A stretch of DNA of 64,000 nucleotides, from contig JAUYAM010000005.1 in assembly GCA_030693425.1 (NCBI GenBank), forward strand, positions 12,950 to 76,949, read 5' to 3'. Each line of letters opens with the position of its first letter. Position 1 is the first letter of the stretch. The notes beneath the pieces are model-generated. The model had not been told where the DNA came from, made no database searches, and saw only the letters and a program-made list of their open reading frames with translations. This DNA comes from a bacterium (GTDB lineage: Bacteria; Patescibacteriota; Minisyncoccia; Minisyncoccales; GWA2-46-15). This document shows, piece after piece, positions 1 through 9,315 of this stretch. The position numbers and the translations under genes are program-made.

Positions 1-86
1 TCATGTCGTTCCTAAAAGACCGGGGAATTTCCCAGAGAAAATCGGTGATCTTGATTAAATCTCTTCTAGAAAGCATTTCTGATCTT

Positions 87-512
87 CTAACTAATTATTC
101 CCGTATCAATTTTTTCGACCGTCCCCTTTTTGCATTTGGGACAAATTTGTCCGGCTGATTCTTGAACGGTCTTGATGTTTGCCCTACCACACTGAGGGCA
201 CTTTTTTCCTTCTTTAACAATGTCGAGTCGAAATTGATCCAGACAATCAAGGCAAACGCAATTTGAATCAAAGCCGGTGCGAGTGTCAATCAGTTCTTTC
301 TTTTCCGGAGTGATTTTGGCGGACTCGCGCAAAAGCCAGGCAAAAACCTCTCCCGATTCGAGGCCGAGAACTTTAGCGATGGTGAAAGCTTCGGCTGGAT
401 GGGGGCAGATTACTTTTTCGCCCTTTTCGTTTTTGACATACATTACCCCTCCCCAGCCTCGCGGAAAGACAAAATCGCACTGGTTGCATTTGAATTCAAA
501 AATCTGTGGCAT
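87..512 (-). CDS. hypothetical zinc-ribbon protein
   Basis: 141-aa ORF with several CxxC pairs (CNQC, CLDC, CPQC..CPKC). No family recognised by eye. Confidence 0.5.
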   Translation of the reverse strand: MPQIFEFKCNQCDFVFPRGWGGVMYVKNEKGEKVICPHPAEAFTIAKVLGLESGEVFAWLLRESAKITPEKKELIDTRTGFDSNCVCLDCLDQFRLDIVKEGKKCPQCGRANIKTVQESAGQICPKCKKGTVEKIDTGIIS

Positions 513-533
513 ATTTTTAGCTTAGTTTTTTAA

Positions 534-2348
534 TTAAACGTCAAAAAGAACGGTCGCCTCCCAGGAACCTTCTTGATTCTGGTGAATATCTAAACCGTGA
601 TAGGTCGCCCCCTTAATTTGTACCCCCATTTGCTTTAGCTTCCTGCCAGATAATTCTCCCTCCAGTCGTTTTTCGGATAACTGAGCCAACTCAACTCCGT
701 CATAAATTTCTTGGTTGGCTTCGCAAAGGCAAATGACTCTGCTCAGGAAATCGACTAGAAGAGTCGCTGAATCAAACGAATCGATTTCTATTTTGCGTTC
801 GACGACTTCACCGTTTTCGTCCGATTGATAATCGGCCGCAGCGAACATTCCCAGCATCGCATTCTGAAAAAGATCTTCTCTGGTTTTCCCGAAAACCCTG
901 ATCTTTAAATCCGCTTTATGCTCTAGAATCTCATACTGCTTCTCAACCTCCTCTAATACCACTTTTTGACGGCCGTTCAAAAGTGGTAGCGACGACTCTT
1001 GATATTTTTGAAGCTTCCGCATCTCTTCTCTCACTACCTGACGGTCGTCCCAGGTAATTTGTTTGCCATTGGCCAGGCACATTGATGGTTCGCAACCCTT
1101 GCCGGTAATTATCACCGTGTCGCCTGGCTGTGCTAAGCCCAAGGCCTTACTTATCGCTTGTCTCCTGTCTAAAATAACCTTTGTATCTTGTATCTGGTAT
1201 TTAGTATTTTGTATCCCTTTTTTGATATCATCTACAATTTCTTGCGGATTTTCATCGTAGGGGTCTTCGTTGGTCAAAATGATTTGGCCGCAATGTTTGG
1301 CGGCGATCTGGCCCAAAACTGGCCTTTTCCATTTATCTCTGCCGCCGCCGCAAGAACCGAGAACGCAGATTAACTTTGTATCTGGTATCTGGTATCTGGT
1401 ATCTGGTATGCGACGAGAGACAAGAGTTTGGTAAACTTTTTCTAAAGCGACTGGGGTGATGGCATAATCCACAAAAGCCTTAAAGGGCGTGAAAATAACT
1501 TCTTCCATTCTTCCCGGAACGCCCTTGAATCCTTCGAGAGCCTTGCGGCAGGCTTCTAAATCTATGCCTTGGGACCTAGCCACGGCGATGGCGGCCAAGG
1601 CATTGTAAATATTAAACTCTCCCAGAAGCCCTAAGTTAAATTCTGTATTTCCCGTAAAAAATCTGAGACCATCTATCGTTGCGCAATTTGTCGCTTCAAT
1701 AAACTTTAAGTTTTCAGTTGTGGTTTTACGCTTTGCGCTTTGCACTTTACGCTCTATACTGTATCCCCACTTCTCCCTCGCTCTGAATCGATTGAAATAA
1801 TCTATGTTTTCATCATCTAAATTCAAAATGTGGATGCCCCTGCAGGCCTTGAACAGTTTTCCTTTCACTTCCCGGTATTTCTCAAAAGAGCCGTGGCTTT
1901 CAATGTGTTCCAAGCTCAGATTGGTGAAAACCACCGCCTCAAAACCGATGAACCTATGCCGGTGCTGTGCAATTCCTTCTGAGGTGATTTCTAAAACCGC
2001 GTATTGGCAGCCGGCCTTGACCGCCCTGCTCAAAAACTGCTGGACAAAAAACCGGCCGGGCAAGGTCATGCGTTTGTTATTAACTTCTTCTTTGCCGGCA
2101 ATGCAAAATCTAATTGAGGACAAAGAGGCGACTTTAAAACCTGCCTCTTCCAGGATTGCCGCCATCATCGCCACTACGGTTGATTTTCCGCTGGTGCCGG
2201 TAACGCCGATAGTTTTAATCTTCCTGGAAGAAAACCCGTAAATTAAGGCTGCCAGAAAAGCCAGAAAGAAATGGTAAAAATCCAGCAAAAAGGCCGGTGA
2301 AACCTTTTTAAGAAAGCTTTTAAACTGGTAAAATAATGTCGATGTCAT
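534..2348 (-). CDS. murE: MurE-like Mur ligase fused to a C-terminal archease domain
   Basis: 604 aa. Mur ligase motifs: GVTGTSGKST P-loop, LEITSEGIAQHR..FTNLSLEHIESHG, GRME..VDYAITP, GGGRDKWKRP, ITGKGCE. The last ~140 aa (YEILEHKADLKIRVFGKT...IKGATYHGLDI...WEATVLFDV) fit the archease signature. Confidence 0.8.
   Translation of the reverse strand: MTSTLFYQFKSFLKKVSPAFLLDFYHFFLAFLAALIYGFSSRKIKTIGVTGTSGKSTVVAMMAAILEEAGFKVASLSSIRFCIAGKEEVNNKRMTLPGRFFVQQFLSRAVKAGCQYAVLEITSEGIAQHRHRFIGFEAVVFTNLSLEHIESHGSFEKYREVKGKLFKACRGIHILNLDDENIDYFNRFRAREKWGYSIERKVQSAKRKTTTENLKFIEATNCATIDGLRFFTGNTEFNLGLLGEFNIYNALAAIAVARSQGIDLEACRKALEGFKGVPGRMEEVIFTPFKAFVDYAITPVALEKVYQTLVSRRIPDTRYQIPDTKLICVLGSCGGGRDKWKRPVLGQIAAKHCGQIILTNEDPYDENPQEIVDDIKKGIQNTKYQIQDTKVILDRRQAISKALGLAQPGDTVIITGKGCEPSMCLANGKQITWDDRQVVREEMRKLQKYQESSLPLLNGRQKVVLEEVEKQYEILEHKADLKIRVFGKTREDLFQNAMLGMFAAADYQSDENGEVVERKIEIDSFDSATLLVDFLSRVICLCEANQEIYDGVELAQLSEKRLEGELSGRKLKQMGVQIKGATYHGLDIHQNQEGSWEATVLFDV
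1183..1215. repeat. heptanucleotide tandem array (GTATYTN x ~4.6) inside murE
   Basis: Sequence gtatctt gtatctg gtattta gtatttt gtatc. Translated on the minus strand as NTKYQIQDTK. Confidence 0.9.
1378..1410. repeat. heptanucleotide tandem array (TCTGGTA x4) inside murE
   Basis: Sequence gta tctggta tctggta tctggta tctggta tg. Translated on the minus strand as IPDTRYQIPDTK. Confidence 0.95.
1727..1754. repeat. heptanucleotide tandem array (YRCRCTT x4) inside murE
   Basis: Sequence ttacgct ttgcgct ttgcact ttacgct. Translated on the minus strand as ERKVQSAKRK. Confidence 0.8.
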
Positions 2349-2407
2349 TGTTTTATCTATTTTATCTAAAATCCGAACAATTTGCTAATTGATAATTTGA
2401 ATTAGGC

Positions 2408-2762
2408 CATGCCCCGTAGGAAATTACCTGCCCGCCGAACAAACCAAAATTTTAGGGCGAGCGGTTTAAGTTAGTTGATAATACGCGGCGCAGATTAAAT
2501 GTTCTTTAGTCTTATATCGAAATTTTGGATCGGCTTTGGCAGGCGGGAAATATTTTCGTAATCAATAGTTTAACCTTTATTATTCTATTTGCCAAAATTT
2601 AAAAGTTTTTAAGGGTTTTCTTGATAAAAACATTTTTTAGAATTATGTTTTATACCCCGTATCCAAAATTAACTAGTAGGGCTAATATGCAACAAATTAC
2701 TCCTTTTTGGTTAGGCCTTTGAGAATATGAACGTAAAACATAATCATTTCCTACGGGGCGTG
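2408..2762. repeat. MITE-like segment bounded by a 17-bp terminal inverted repeat
   Basis: CATGCCCCGTAGGAAAT (2408-2424) and ATTTCCTACGGGGCGTG (2746-2762) are reverse complements with 1 mismatch. They enclose ~320 bp of AT-rich non-coding DNA between murE and uvrB. Confidence 0.4.
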
Positions 2763-4730
2763 AATTTCAAGCTCTCTTCCCCATTCAAGCCCGCCGGCGA
2801 TCAACCGCAGTCAATAAAGAAATTGGCGGTTAATCTTGAAGCCGGCGCCAAGCACCAGGTGTTTTTGGGAGTTACCGGATCTGGCAAAAGCTATGTGATG
2901 GCCAAGGTGATTGAAAACCTTCAGAGGCCGGCTTTGATCATCGAGCCGAATAAAGTTCTGGCAGCCCAGCTCTACCAGGAATTCAAAGAGTTTTTCCCAA
3001 AAAGCCCTGTCCACTATTTTGTTTCCTATTACGACTACTACCAGCCCGAATCTTACATTCCCCAGACCGATACCTATATCGAAAAAGACGCCAGCATCAA
3101 TGAAGAAATTGACCGGCTGCGCCATCAGGCGGTCCAGGACCTGCTTTCTTTTAAGGAAGTTATTGTCGTCGCTTCCGTTTCCTGCATCTACAACTTGGGT
3201 TCGCCGGCAACCTACAGCAACATTGTTCTAGAAATAAAACCCGGGCAGGATATTTCCAGAAAAGATTTCTTGAAGCAACTGATTTTTCTGCAGTACCAGC
3301 GCAATGACATCGACTTGAAACCGGGCGCTTTCAGAGTCAGGGGAGACATTGTTGAAATTCGTCTGGTAACCGGCAGAGAAACTCTGCGGGCCGAATTCTG
3401 GAGAGACGAGATCAACAGCCTCTATGTTTCAAAGGATTCTCTGCTATCGGATTATAAGCCCTTATCCAATAGTTATCTGCTCTACCCCGCTAAGTTCTGG
3501 GTAACTCCAGAGTCAAAACTTAAAACCGCTATAGAGAATATTAAACTCGAGCTTGGAGAAAGATTAAAATTCTTGAAGAAGCAAAAGAAACTCCTCGAAG
3601 CGGAACGGCTGGATCAGAGAACCAACTTTGACCTCCAGATGATGCTGGAAACCGGCTACTGCCACGGCATTGAAAACTATTCGCGGCACCTTGAGTTCCG
3701 GAAACCCGGCCAGGCCCCTTTCAGCCTTTTGGATTATTTCCAGCTGGCCAATCCAAATTTTCTGGTCTTTATCGACGAATCCCACCTGACCTGCTCTCAG
3801 ATAAAAGCGATGTCGGTCCAGGATCGAGCCAGAAAGAAAATCCTGATCGAGTACGGCTTCAGGCTGCCGTCGGCTGTAGACAACCGCCCCCTGACCTATC
3901 AAGAGTTTGAGAACAAAGCCACCCAGATTACTTATGTCTCGGCCACTCCAGGCGACTTGGAAATAGCTAAGTCCGGTAGAAAATATTATGTCGAGCAGCT
4001 GATCAGGCCGACCGGGCTTTTAGAGCCGGAAATAGAAATTAGGCCGACGAAAAACCAAATAAAGGATTTAATTGAAGAGATAAGGCGTAGGGTCGATCAT
4101 AAACAGAGGGCCCTGGTCATCACTCTGACCAAAAGACTGGCCGAAGATCTTAACGATTTTTTCAGAGACCAAGGAATCCGCAGCCACTGGCTTCATTCAG
4201 AAACCAAAACTTTGGAAAGGCCAAAAATACTTAAAAATCTGAGGCTGGGAGAAATCGACGTCCTAGTCGGAATCAATCTGTTGAGAGAAGGCTTGGATCT
4301 TCCCGAGGTCTCTCTGGTGGCAATCCTAGACGCCGACAAAGAAGGTTTCCTGAGGTCTCAAAACACCCTGATCCAAACCATGGGCAGAGCTTCCCGGAAT
4401 CTTCAAGGGAAAGTTATCCTCTACGCCGACAAAACCACCAAGTCTATGGGCCTGGCGATCAAAGAGATAAAAAGAAGGAGAAAAATCCAGGCAAAATACA
4501 ACCTGGAGCACAAGCTGTCGCCGAGAGCAATCTCAAAAGCGGTGCGCGACTGGCCGTTTGCCATCATAGAAGAAAAACAGGTTGAAGCCGAATTTTGGGG
4601 CATTTACGACCGGCAGTTACTTGAGAAAGAAATGAAAGAGGCGGCAAACAACCTTGATTTTGAGAGAGCGGCAAAGATCAGAGATATCATCAAGAAACTC
4701 CAGAAACCCTTGTCCAAAACCGCCAAATAG
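2727..4730 (+). CDS. uvrB: excinuclease ABC subunit B
   Basis: 667 aa. Motifs: PAGDQPQSI, GVTGSGKS, YYDYYQPESY, DESH, and a C-terminal UVR motif (NLDFERAAKIRD). In-frame GTG at 2760 (MNFKLSSPF...) is a plausible alternative start. Confidence 0.95.
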   Translation: MNVKHNHFLRGVNFKLSSPFKPAGDQPQSIKKLAVNLEAGAKHQVFLGVTGSGKSYVMAKVIENLQRPALIIEPNKVLAAQLYQEFKEFFPKSPVHYFVSYYDYYQPESYIPQTDTYIEKDASINEEIDRLRHQAVQDLLSFKEVIVVASVSCIYNLGSPATYSNIVLEIKPGQDISRKDFLKQLIFLQYQRNDIDLKPGAFRVRGDIVEIRLVTGRETLRAEFWRDEINSLYVSKDSLLSDYKPLSNSYLLYPAKFWVTPESKLKTAIENIKLELGERLKFLKKQKKLLEAERLDQRTNFDLQMMLETGYCHGIENYSRHLEFRKPGQAPFSLLDYFQLANPNFLVFIDESHLTCSQIKAMSVQDRARKKILIEYGFRLPSAVDNRPLTYQEFENKATQITYVSATPGDLEIAKSGRKYYVEQLIRPTGLLEPEIEIRPTKNQIKDLIEEIRRRVDHKQRALVITLTKRLAEDLNDFFRDQGIRSHWLHSETKTLERPKILKNLRLGEIDVLVGINLLREGLDLPEVSLVAILDADKEGFLRSQNTLIQTMGRASRNLQGKVILYADKTTKSMGLAIKEIKRRRKIQAKYNLEHKLSPRAISKAVRDWPFAIIEEKQVEAEFWGIYDRQLLEKEMKEAANNLDFERAAKIRDIIKKLQKPLSKTAK

Positions 4731-4761
4731 ATTATTATAGTTCTGAAGCTAAATCCAACTT

Positions 4762-5034
4762 ATGGCTATCACCAAGTCGGCGAAAAAGGCTTTCCGCCAG
4801 AGCCAAAGGAGAAGAAGACAAAACCGGATTAACACCGAAAACATCAAGAAACTCGAAAAGAAAATCGAATCGCTTTTGGCTGAGAAAAAAACAACTGAGG
4901 CAAAGAGCCTCCTGCCCAAAATTTCAAAAGCTCTGGACAAAGCCGCCAAAAGAGGAGTCATCAAAAAAAATAAGGCCTCGAGGAAAAAATCAAGGATCAG
5001 TCAGCTGATAAAGAGATCTGAAGCTAAAACCTAG
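4762..5034 (+). CDS. rpsT: 30S ribosomal protein S20
   Basis: 90-aa basic protein. The N-terminus AITKSAKKAFRQSQRRR is typical of bS20. Confidence 0.9.
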   Translation: MAITKSAKKAFRQSQRRRRQNRINTENIKKLEKKIESLLAEKKTTEAKSLLPKISKALDKAAKRGVIKKNKASRKKSRISQLIKRSEAKT

Positions 5035-5960
5035 ATCTCGGAAATCAAGAGCTCTAAACCCTGCCGGGGAGAGATTTTCCCGGTTTTTATTTTCAGATCG
5101 ATTTCTAGAATCTTGGAATAGATTTTCTTTAATCTCGAGAAAGCAAATTTCTGGGCGAGAAAATAGCACTTCCTGGCAACAAAATCATTGAGCCCGGAAT
5201 TCCTTAAAGGCTTGCCTTTCTCTAAAAGGTCTTTGACTATCAAGAGATTCCGGAATTGGTAATTGATCATCGCCAAAAGATACGCCGGCGAATCCCCTTC
5301 GTCAAAATGCTGGCCAGTTAATTCTAGGGCTTTCCGCCGGTCCTGGGTAGCGACGGCGTCGATGGTTTTGAAAATATTGGCCGCGACCTCTGGCGTTGCC
5401 AATAGCTCAACGTCTTCTGGCTCAATCTTTTTACCTTTTTTAAAACTGGCTAGTTTTTTCAGCTCGTTCGAAAGCCTCCAAGAATCATTGCTAAAATAAA
5501 CGACCAGTTTTTCAATGGCTGATGAGCTGATTTCAGCTCCCAGTTTCTCAGCCTCTTTCTTGAGCCATTGTTTTAAAGATTGCCCGTCCAACAGCTTGAA
5601 CTCCTGGAATTTAGCGGTTTTCGTCAGAAAGCTGAAGAGACTGCCGCGACGGTCTAGATCCCCGGGTTCAAAGAAAACCAAGATGTCGTCGCCTAGATTC
5701 CGTTTGTTTTTGATCATGTAGTCCAGAAAATCCTTGCTCAAATCAGAGTTCAAAAAGACGTTCTCTAAGATGAATAGTTTTCTCTCGGCAAACATCGGAA
5801 CGGTTTCCAGCTTTTCTTTGAAAGCAAGAAATTCGTCTTCCTGGAAATCGCAGTAAAATAAATTGAGTCCGCTGCGGCGGACTTTCCGATACTGGTCAAT
5901 AATTTCATTGAGCTTTAACCTGGCCCGAAAACTATCTTGGCCGTAAAGAAAAATTATCAT
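5031..5960 (-). CDS. holA: DNA polymerase III delta subunit
   Basis: MIIFLYGQDSFR... N-terminus; size and helical C-terminal half typical of HolA. Start moved from 6041 to the internal ATG at 5960 to remove the overlap with the upstream receiver gene. Confidence 0.75.
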   Translation of the reverse strand: MIIFLYGQDSFRARLKLNEIIDQYRKVRRSGLNLFYCDFQEDEFLAFKEKLETVPMFAERKLFILENVFLNSDLSKDFLDYMIKNKRNLGDDILVFFEPGDLDRRGSLFSFLTKTAKFQEFKLLDGQSLKQWLKKEAEKLGAEISSSAIEKLVVYFSNDSWRLSNELKKLASFKKGKKIEPEDVELLATPEVAANIFKTIDAVATQDRRKALELTGQHFDEGDSPAYLLAMINYQFRNLLIVKDLLEKGKPLRNSGLNDFVARKCYFLAQKFAFSRLKKIYSKILEIDLKIKTGKISPRQGLELLISEI

Positions 5961-5994
5961 CTGTTTTATGAAGTTTTTTGGGGTGCCAAAGGTT

Positions 5995-6363
5995 CTACTT
6001 GAGAATAGCGGTGATCTTTTCAACGATTTCCCCCGGAGCAAAATGAGCCTTGATCAGATAATCGGTCGCTCCGAGCTTTAATCCCCGCTCAATGTCTTCT
6101 TTCTGGCCGAGGTTCGAGAGAATTATCACCGGGATCCCGGCCGTCTCTTGATCCTGCCTAATTCTGGTCAGGGCCTCAAAGCCGTCGATGCCGGGAAGGA
6201 TCAAATCCAATAGAACCAAGTCTGGTTTCTCAGACTTGATGGCCTTGACCCCGCTCTCGCCGTCGGTTGCCTCGGAAATTTGATAACCCTCGTTCGTTAG
6301 TTTCCTGATGATTAACTCCCTTAAGAATTTGTCATCCTCGACAATTAGAATCTTTTTAGGCAT
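5995..6363 (-). CDS. single-domain response regulator (CheY-like receiver)
   Basis: 122 aa. ILIVEDD acidic pocket, phospho-acceptor context DLVLLDLILPG, conserved LIK lysine. No output domain. Confidence 0.9.
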   Translation of the reverse strand: MPKKILIVEDDKFLRELIIRKLTNEGYQISEATDGESGVKAIKSEKPDLVLLDLILPGIDGFEALTRIRQDQETAGIPVIILSNLGQKEDIERGLKLGATDYLIKAHFAPGEIVEKITAILK

Positions 6364-6431
6364 ATTATTTAACTCTTTATTAATTCCACTTTTAAGAATT
6401 TTCGACCCCTAACATACGTTCTTATTAAGCT

Positions 6432-6800
6432 TTACTCCCCGAATAAACTCTTTACTTTTTCAGCCAACTCCTGGGGGTCAAACTCCGTCTTTATCAGCCA
6501 GTCTTTAGCTCCCAATTCCTTGATCCGGCTGATCTCCACCGGCTGGCCGGAATTGGAAATGACGATCAGGGGAATCTTTTTTAAATTATCGTCTTTTCGA
6601 ATCTCTTCCATAACCGAAAACCCGTCCATTTTGGGCATAATTAAATCCAGCAGGACCATGTCCGGCCTTTCTTCTTTCATCTTTTTCAAACCTTCCTCCC
6701 CGTCTCTCGCCAGGGAAATCTGGTAGCCACGGGCAACCAGCTTCCTTTGCAGCAGATCCAGCATAATCTCTTCATCCTCTATGATTAAGATCTTTTTCAT
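6432..6800 (-). CDS. single-domain response regulator (CheY-like receiver)
   Basis: 122 aa. ILIIEDE, DMVLLDLIMPKMDG, SNSG, LIK. Paralogue of 5995..6363. Confidence 0.9.
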   Translation of the reverse strand: MKKILIIEDEEIMLDLLQRKLVARGYQISLARDGEEGLKKMKEERPDMVLLDLIMPKMDGFSVMEEIRKDDNLKKIPLIVISNSGQPVEISRIKELGAKDWLIKTEFDPQELAEKVKSLFGE

Positions 6801-6878
6801 AAAATTAAAGTGGGGTGATTTCTTATTTAATATGGCTGTTTTAATTATAGCAGAAAACGGGCAAGGATAAAAGCTATT

Positions 6879-8441
6879 TTATTGTTTAGCCTTGGAATCC
6901 GCTTTTGGCAAAGTGAAATAGAAAGTCGTTCCCTTGTTCTGTTTTGAAGTAAAGCCGATTTTCCCGCCGTGGCTCTCGATGATATTCTTTGCCATATAAA
7001 GGCCGAGGCCGCTGCCGGCCGGCTCGGTCAGGACGGCTTCGCTGGCGCGGAAGAATTTGGTAAAAACCCTTTTTTGCTCGTTGTCGGCAATGCCAATGCC
7101 CGTGTCCTGAACTTCTGTCCTGACTTCGTTGGCCGTTTCTTTCAAGGAAACGGTGACTTTGCCTCCTTTTGGTGTGTATTTAAAAGCGTTGTCTACCAGG
7201 TTTTGGACGACCAACTTTAATTTTTCCTCGTCAGCGAAGACCCGAATGGGTTTTTTGGCCGGCTTAAGGAATTCGAGTTTTATCCCTTTATTCCTGAAAT
7301 CGCTGCCGATGAACTCGATTGTCGACTGGCAAATCTCCACCATATCGGCCAAGACCGGATTGATAACGTACTTGCCCTCTTCAATCCGCGCCAGGTTCAG
7401 AAGGTCGTTGATAAGAGTGATCATTCTTTCGTTCGATTGATAGGTTTTCTCGACGATGTCTTTCTGTTCTTTGGAAATCTCCCCGATGTCGCCGTCCAAA
7501 AGCATTCTCAAGCTCCACTTTATCGCCGAAAGAGGAGTTCTGAGCTGATGGGCGGCCAGGGAAACGAATTCCGTCTTGAGTCTTTCGATCATCTTTTCCC
7601 TGCTGACGTCGTGCAAGACCACCAGATCGCCCAAGTCGCTGGCGCCGCTTTTCATCGGTATCGCTGAAACCTCAAAGATAATCTCTTTTGTGACGGCAAA
7701 CTCCTTCCTAAAAACTTCCTCGATACTCTCTCCCAGAAAATTGATCAGAGATTTTACTTCCGGAAAACCGGCAATCTCTTTAACCAATTTGCCTATTAAT
7801 TTTTCTTTACTAATTTTAAAAAAGTCTTCAGCCTTGGGGTTTATCAGTGTCAATCGATGATTCTTATCAAAAAAAAGGAGGCCGTCGCTGAAGTTGGTAA
7901 TGACCGCCTGGGTCTTATCTTTTTCCTCTTCGGCCCCGCGTCTTGCTTCTTCAGTGTCTTCAAGGATGTTCAAAAGGGCTGCCTGAACTTTTCTTAATTC
8001 CTCCTCGGTTTTCTTGATGCCGCTCAAATTAAAAAGCCCTAAAAAGTAGCCTATTGGTCTTGACTGCTCGTCAACACGAACCCTGGTGAAAACTTGAGTG
8101 ATTATGGCGCTGCCGTCTTTTCTCAATATCGACAGCTCTTTAGCGGCAACCACCCCTTTAGAAAAAGTCTCTTTGGCTAATTTGGCAACCTCTTGTTTAT
8201 CAAAAATCTTTTCAACCGATTCGCCGATAATCTCTTCGCTGGGAAAACCAGAAACTTTTTCAAAGGCTGGGTTTGTCTCTAAGATTACCCCCAAGGGACT
8301 GACAAAACATATGGGCAAGGGGGAAAAATTTAAAAGACCATTGATATAGTCTTCTAAGGACGCTAAGTCCGTCAACAAAAGAGAAATCTTTTTGTCTTTG
8401 TCTTCTCCTCTAACCAATCTTCTAAAGTCAAAAGGGTTCAT
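6879..8441 (-). CDS. PAS-domain sensor histidine kinase
   Basis: 520 aa. Two PAS-like segments, H-box SLAAHQLRTPL, N-box VDNAFKYT, G-boxes DTGIGI and GSGLGL. Confidence 0.9.
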   Translation of the reverse strand: MNPFDFRRLVRGEDKDKKISLLLTDLASLEDYINGLLNFSPLPICFVSPLGVILETNPAFEKVSGFPSEEIIGESVEKIFDKQEVAKLAKETFSKGVVAAKELSILRKDGSAIITQVFTRVRVDEQSRPIGYFLGLFNLSGIKKTEEELRKVQAALLNILEDTEEARRGAEEEKDKTQAVITNFSDGLLFFDKNHRLTLINPKAEDFFKISKEKLIGKLVKEIAGFPEVKSLINFLGESIEEVFRKEFAVTKEIIFEVSAIPMKSGASDLGDLVVLHDVSREKMIERLKTEFVSLAAHQLRTPLSAIKWSLRMLLDGDIGEISKEQKDIVEKTYQSNERMITLINDLLNLARIEEGKYVINPVLADMVEICQSTIEFIGSDFRNKGIKLEFLKPAKKPIRVFADEEKLKLVVQNLVDNAFKYTPKGGKVTVSLKETANEVRTEVQDTGIGIADNEQKRVFTKFFRASEAVLTEPAGSGLGLYMAKNIIESHGGKIGFTSKQNKGTTFYFTLPKADSKAKQ

Positions 8442-8580
8442 TTTAAATCTTTCTCGCTAAAAGGTTATCTGAGGCCGCCTGATGAATGCTCCGCAACTTG
8501 TTGCGGAGATGAAAGGCGACAATAAAAATAATAAATACTTTGCAGAGAAGCTCCCTCGCAGATTGCTGCGATTGGGAGCT

Positions 8581-9198
8581 TCATTTCCATTTCAAAAAAT
8601 ATTCGTGGTAGTTGTCTCCCTCAAAAGTGCATTTTCTTTCTTCGGCAGTTACTTTTACTTTCATGGTCATCTCTAAAATCTTGGAAAAATAACCTAGAAG
8701 ATTATAACAGTGGATTTTATGAAGACTAAAATTCTCCAGGCGCAGAATGGCATAGCCCCTATCCATATTAAACTCAATTATTTTCAGGTCGCCGACGCTA
8801 TAATGCTTCCTCCACATTTTCGGCGCCTCTGCAACTGTCTGCTGCGGGGAAACAAAGTATTTAAGGAAAACTTTCAGGAAAATTGAGAACTTTACCGCCG
8901 TCTCGCCAATCTCAATAAAGGTATTTTTATCGTAATTGAAGAGTTCGGCAATCGCTGCCATTGAAAGAGCGTCGAGGCCTATCGGGTAAAAATCCATGGT
9001 TTTGATCTCTTCGTACTTCAGGGGGTACCCGAGTTCTGCCATCTTTTCTTCCAATCTTTTTAAACCTTCCCGGCCCTCCCTTTTCAAAATAAACTCCCAG
9101 TCAACCTTTAAAGTTACCCCCCTGGCTTCTCCAGGGATATTCATGAACTTTTGAGCTGTTGCTCTAGTTATTTTTTCTCTTTCCATGTTATAACGCAA
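8581..9198 (-). CDS. hypothetical soluble protein in the signalling cluster
   Basis: 205-aa ORF lying between the kinase and the HAMP gene on the same strand. No family recognised. Confidence 0.5.
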   Translation of the reverse strand: MRYNMEREKITRATAQKFMNIPGEARGVTLKVDWEFILKREGREGLKRLEEKMAELGYPLKYEEIKTMDFYPIGLDALSMAAIAELFNYDKNTFIEIGETAVKFSIFLKVFLKYFVSPQQTVAEAPKMWRKHYSVGDLKIIEFNMDRGYAILRLENFSLHKIHCYNLLGYFSKILEMTMKVKVTAEERKCTFEGDNYHEYFLKWK

Positions 9199-9315
9199 GG
9201 TATATCGGGCATTCTGCCCGCTATTAAAAATTGATGATAATTATCTCCATTAAAAAACACTTTGTCTCCTTAACTTTTTCCAAGGTCAATTCTTGGTTCA
9301 TTTTCTTCTTGGCAA

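Noticed and set aside
5961-6041. N-terminal extensions of holA (to 6041), rpmH (from 20862), rpsO (to 41824) and 37756..38781
   Set aside because: The internal ATGs give canonical N-termini ([25 protein letters not shown]) and remove overlaps with neighbouring genes.
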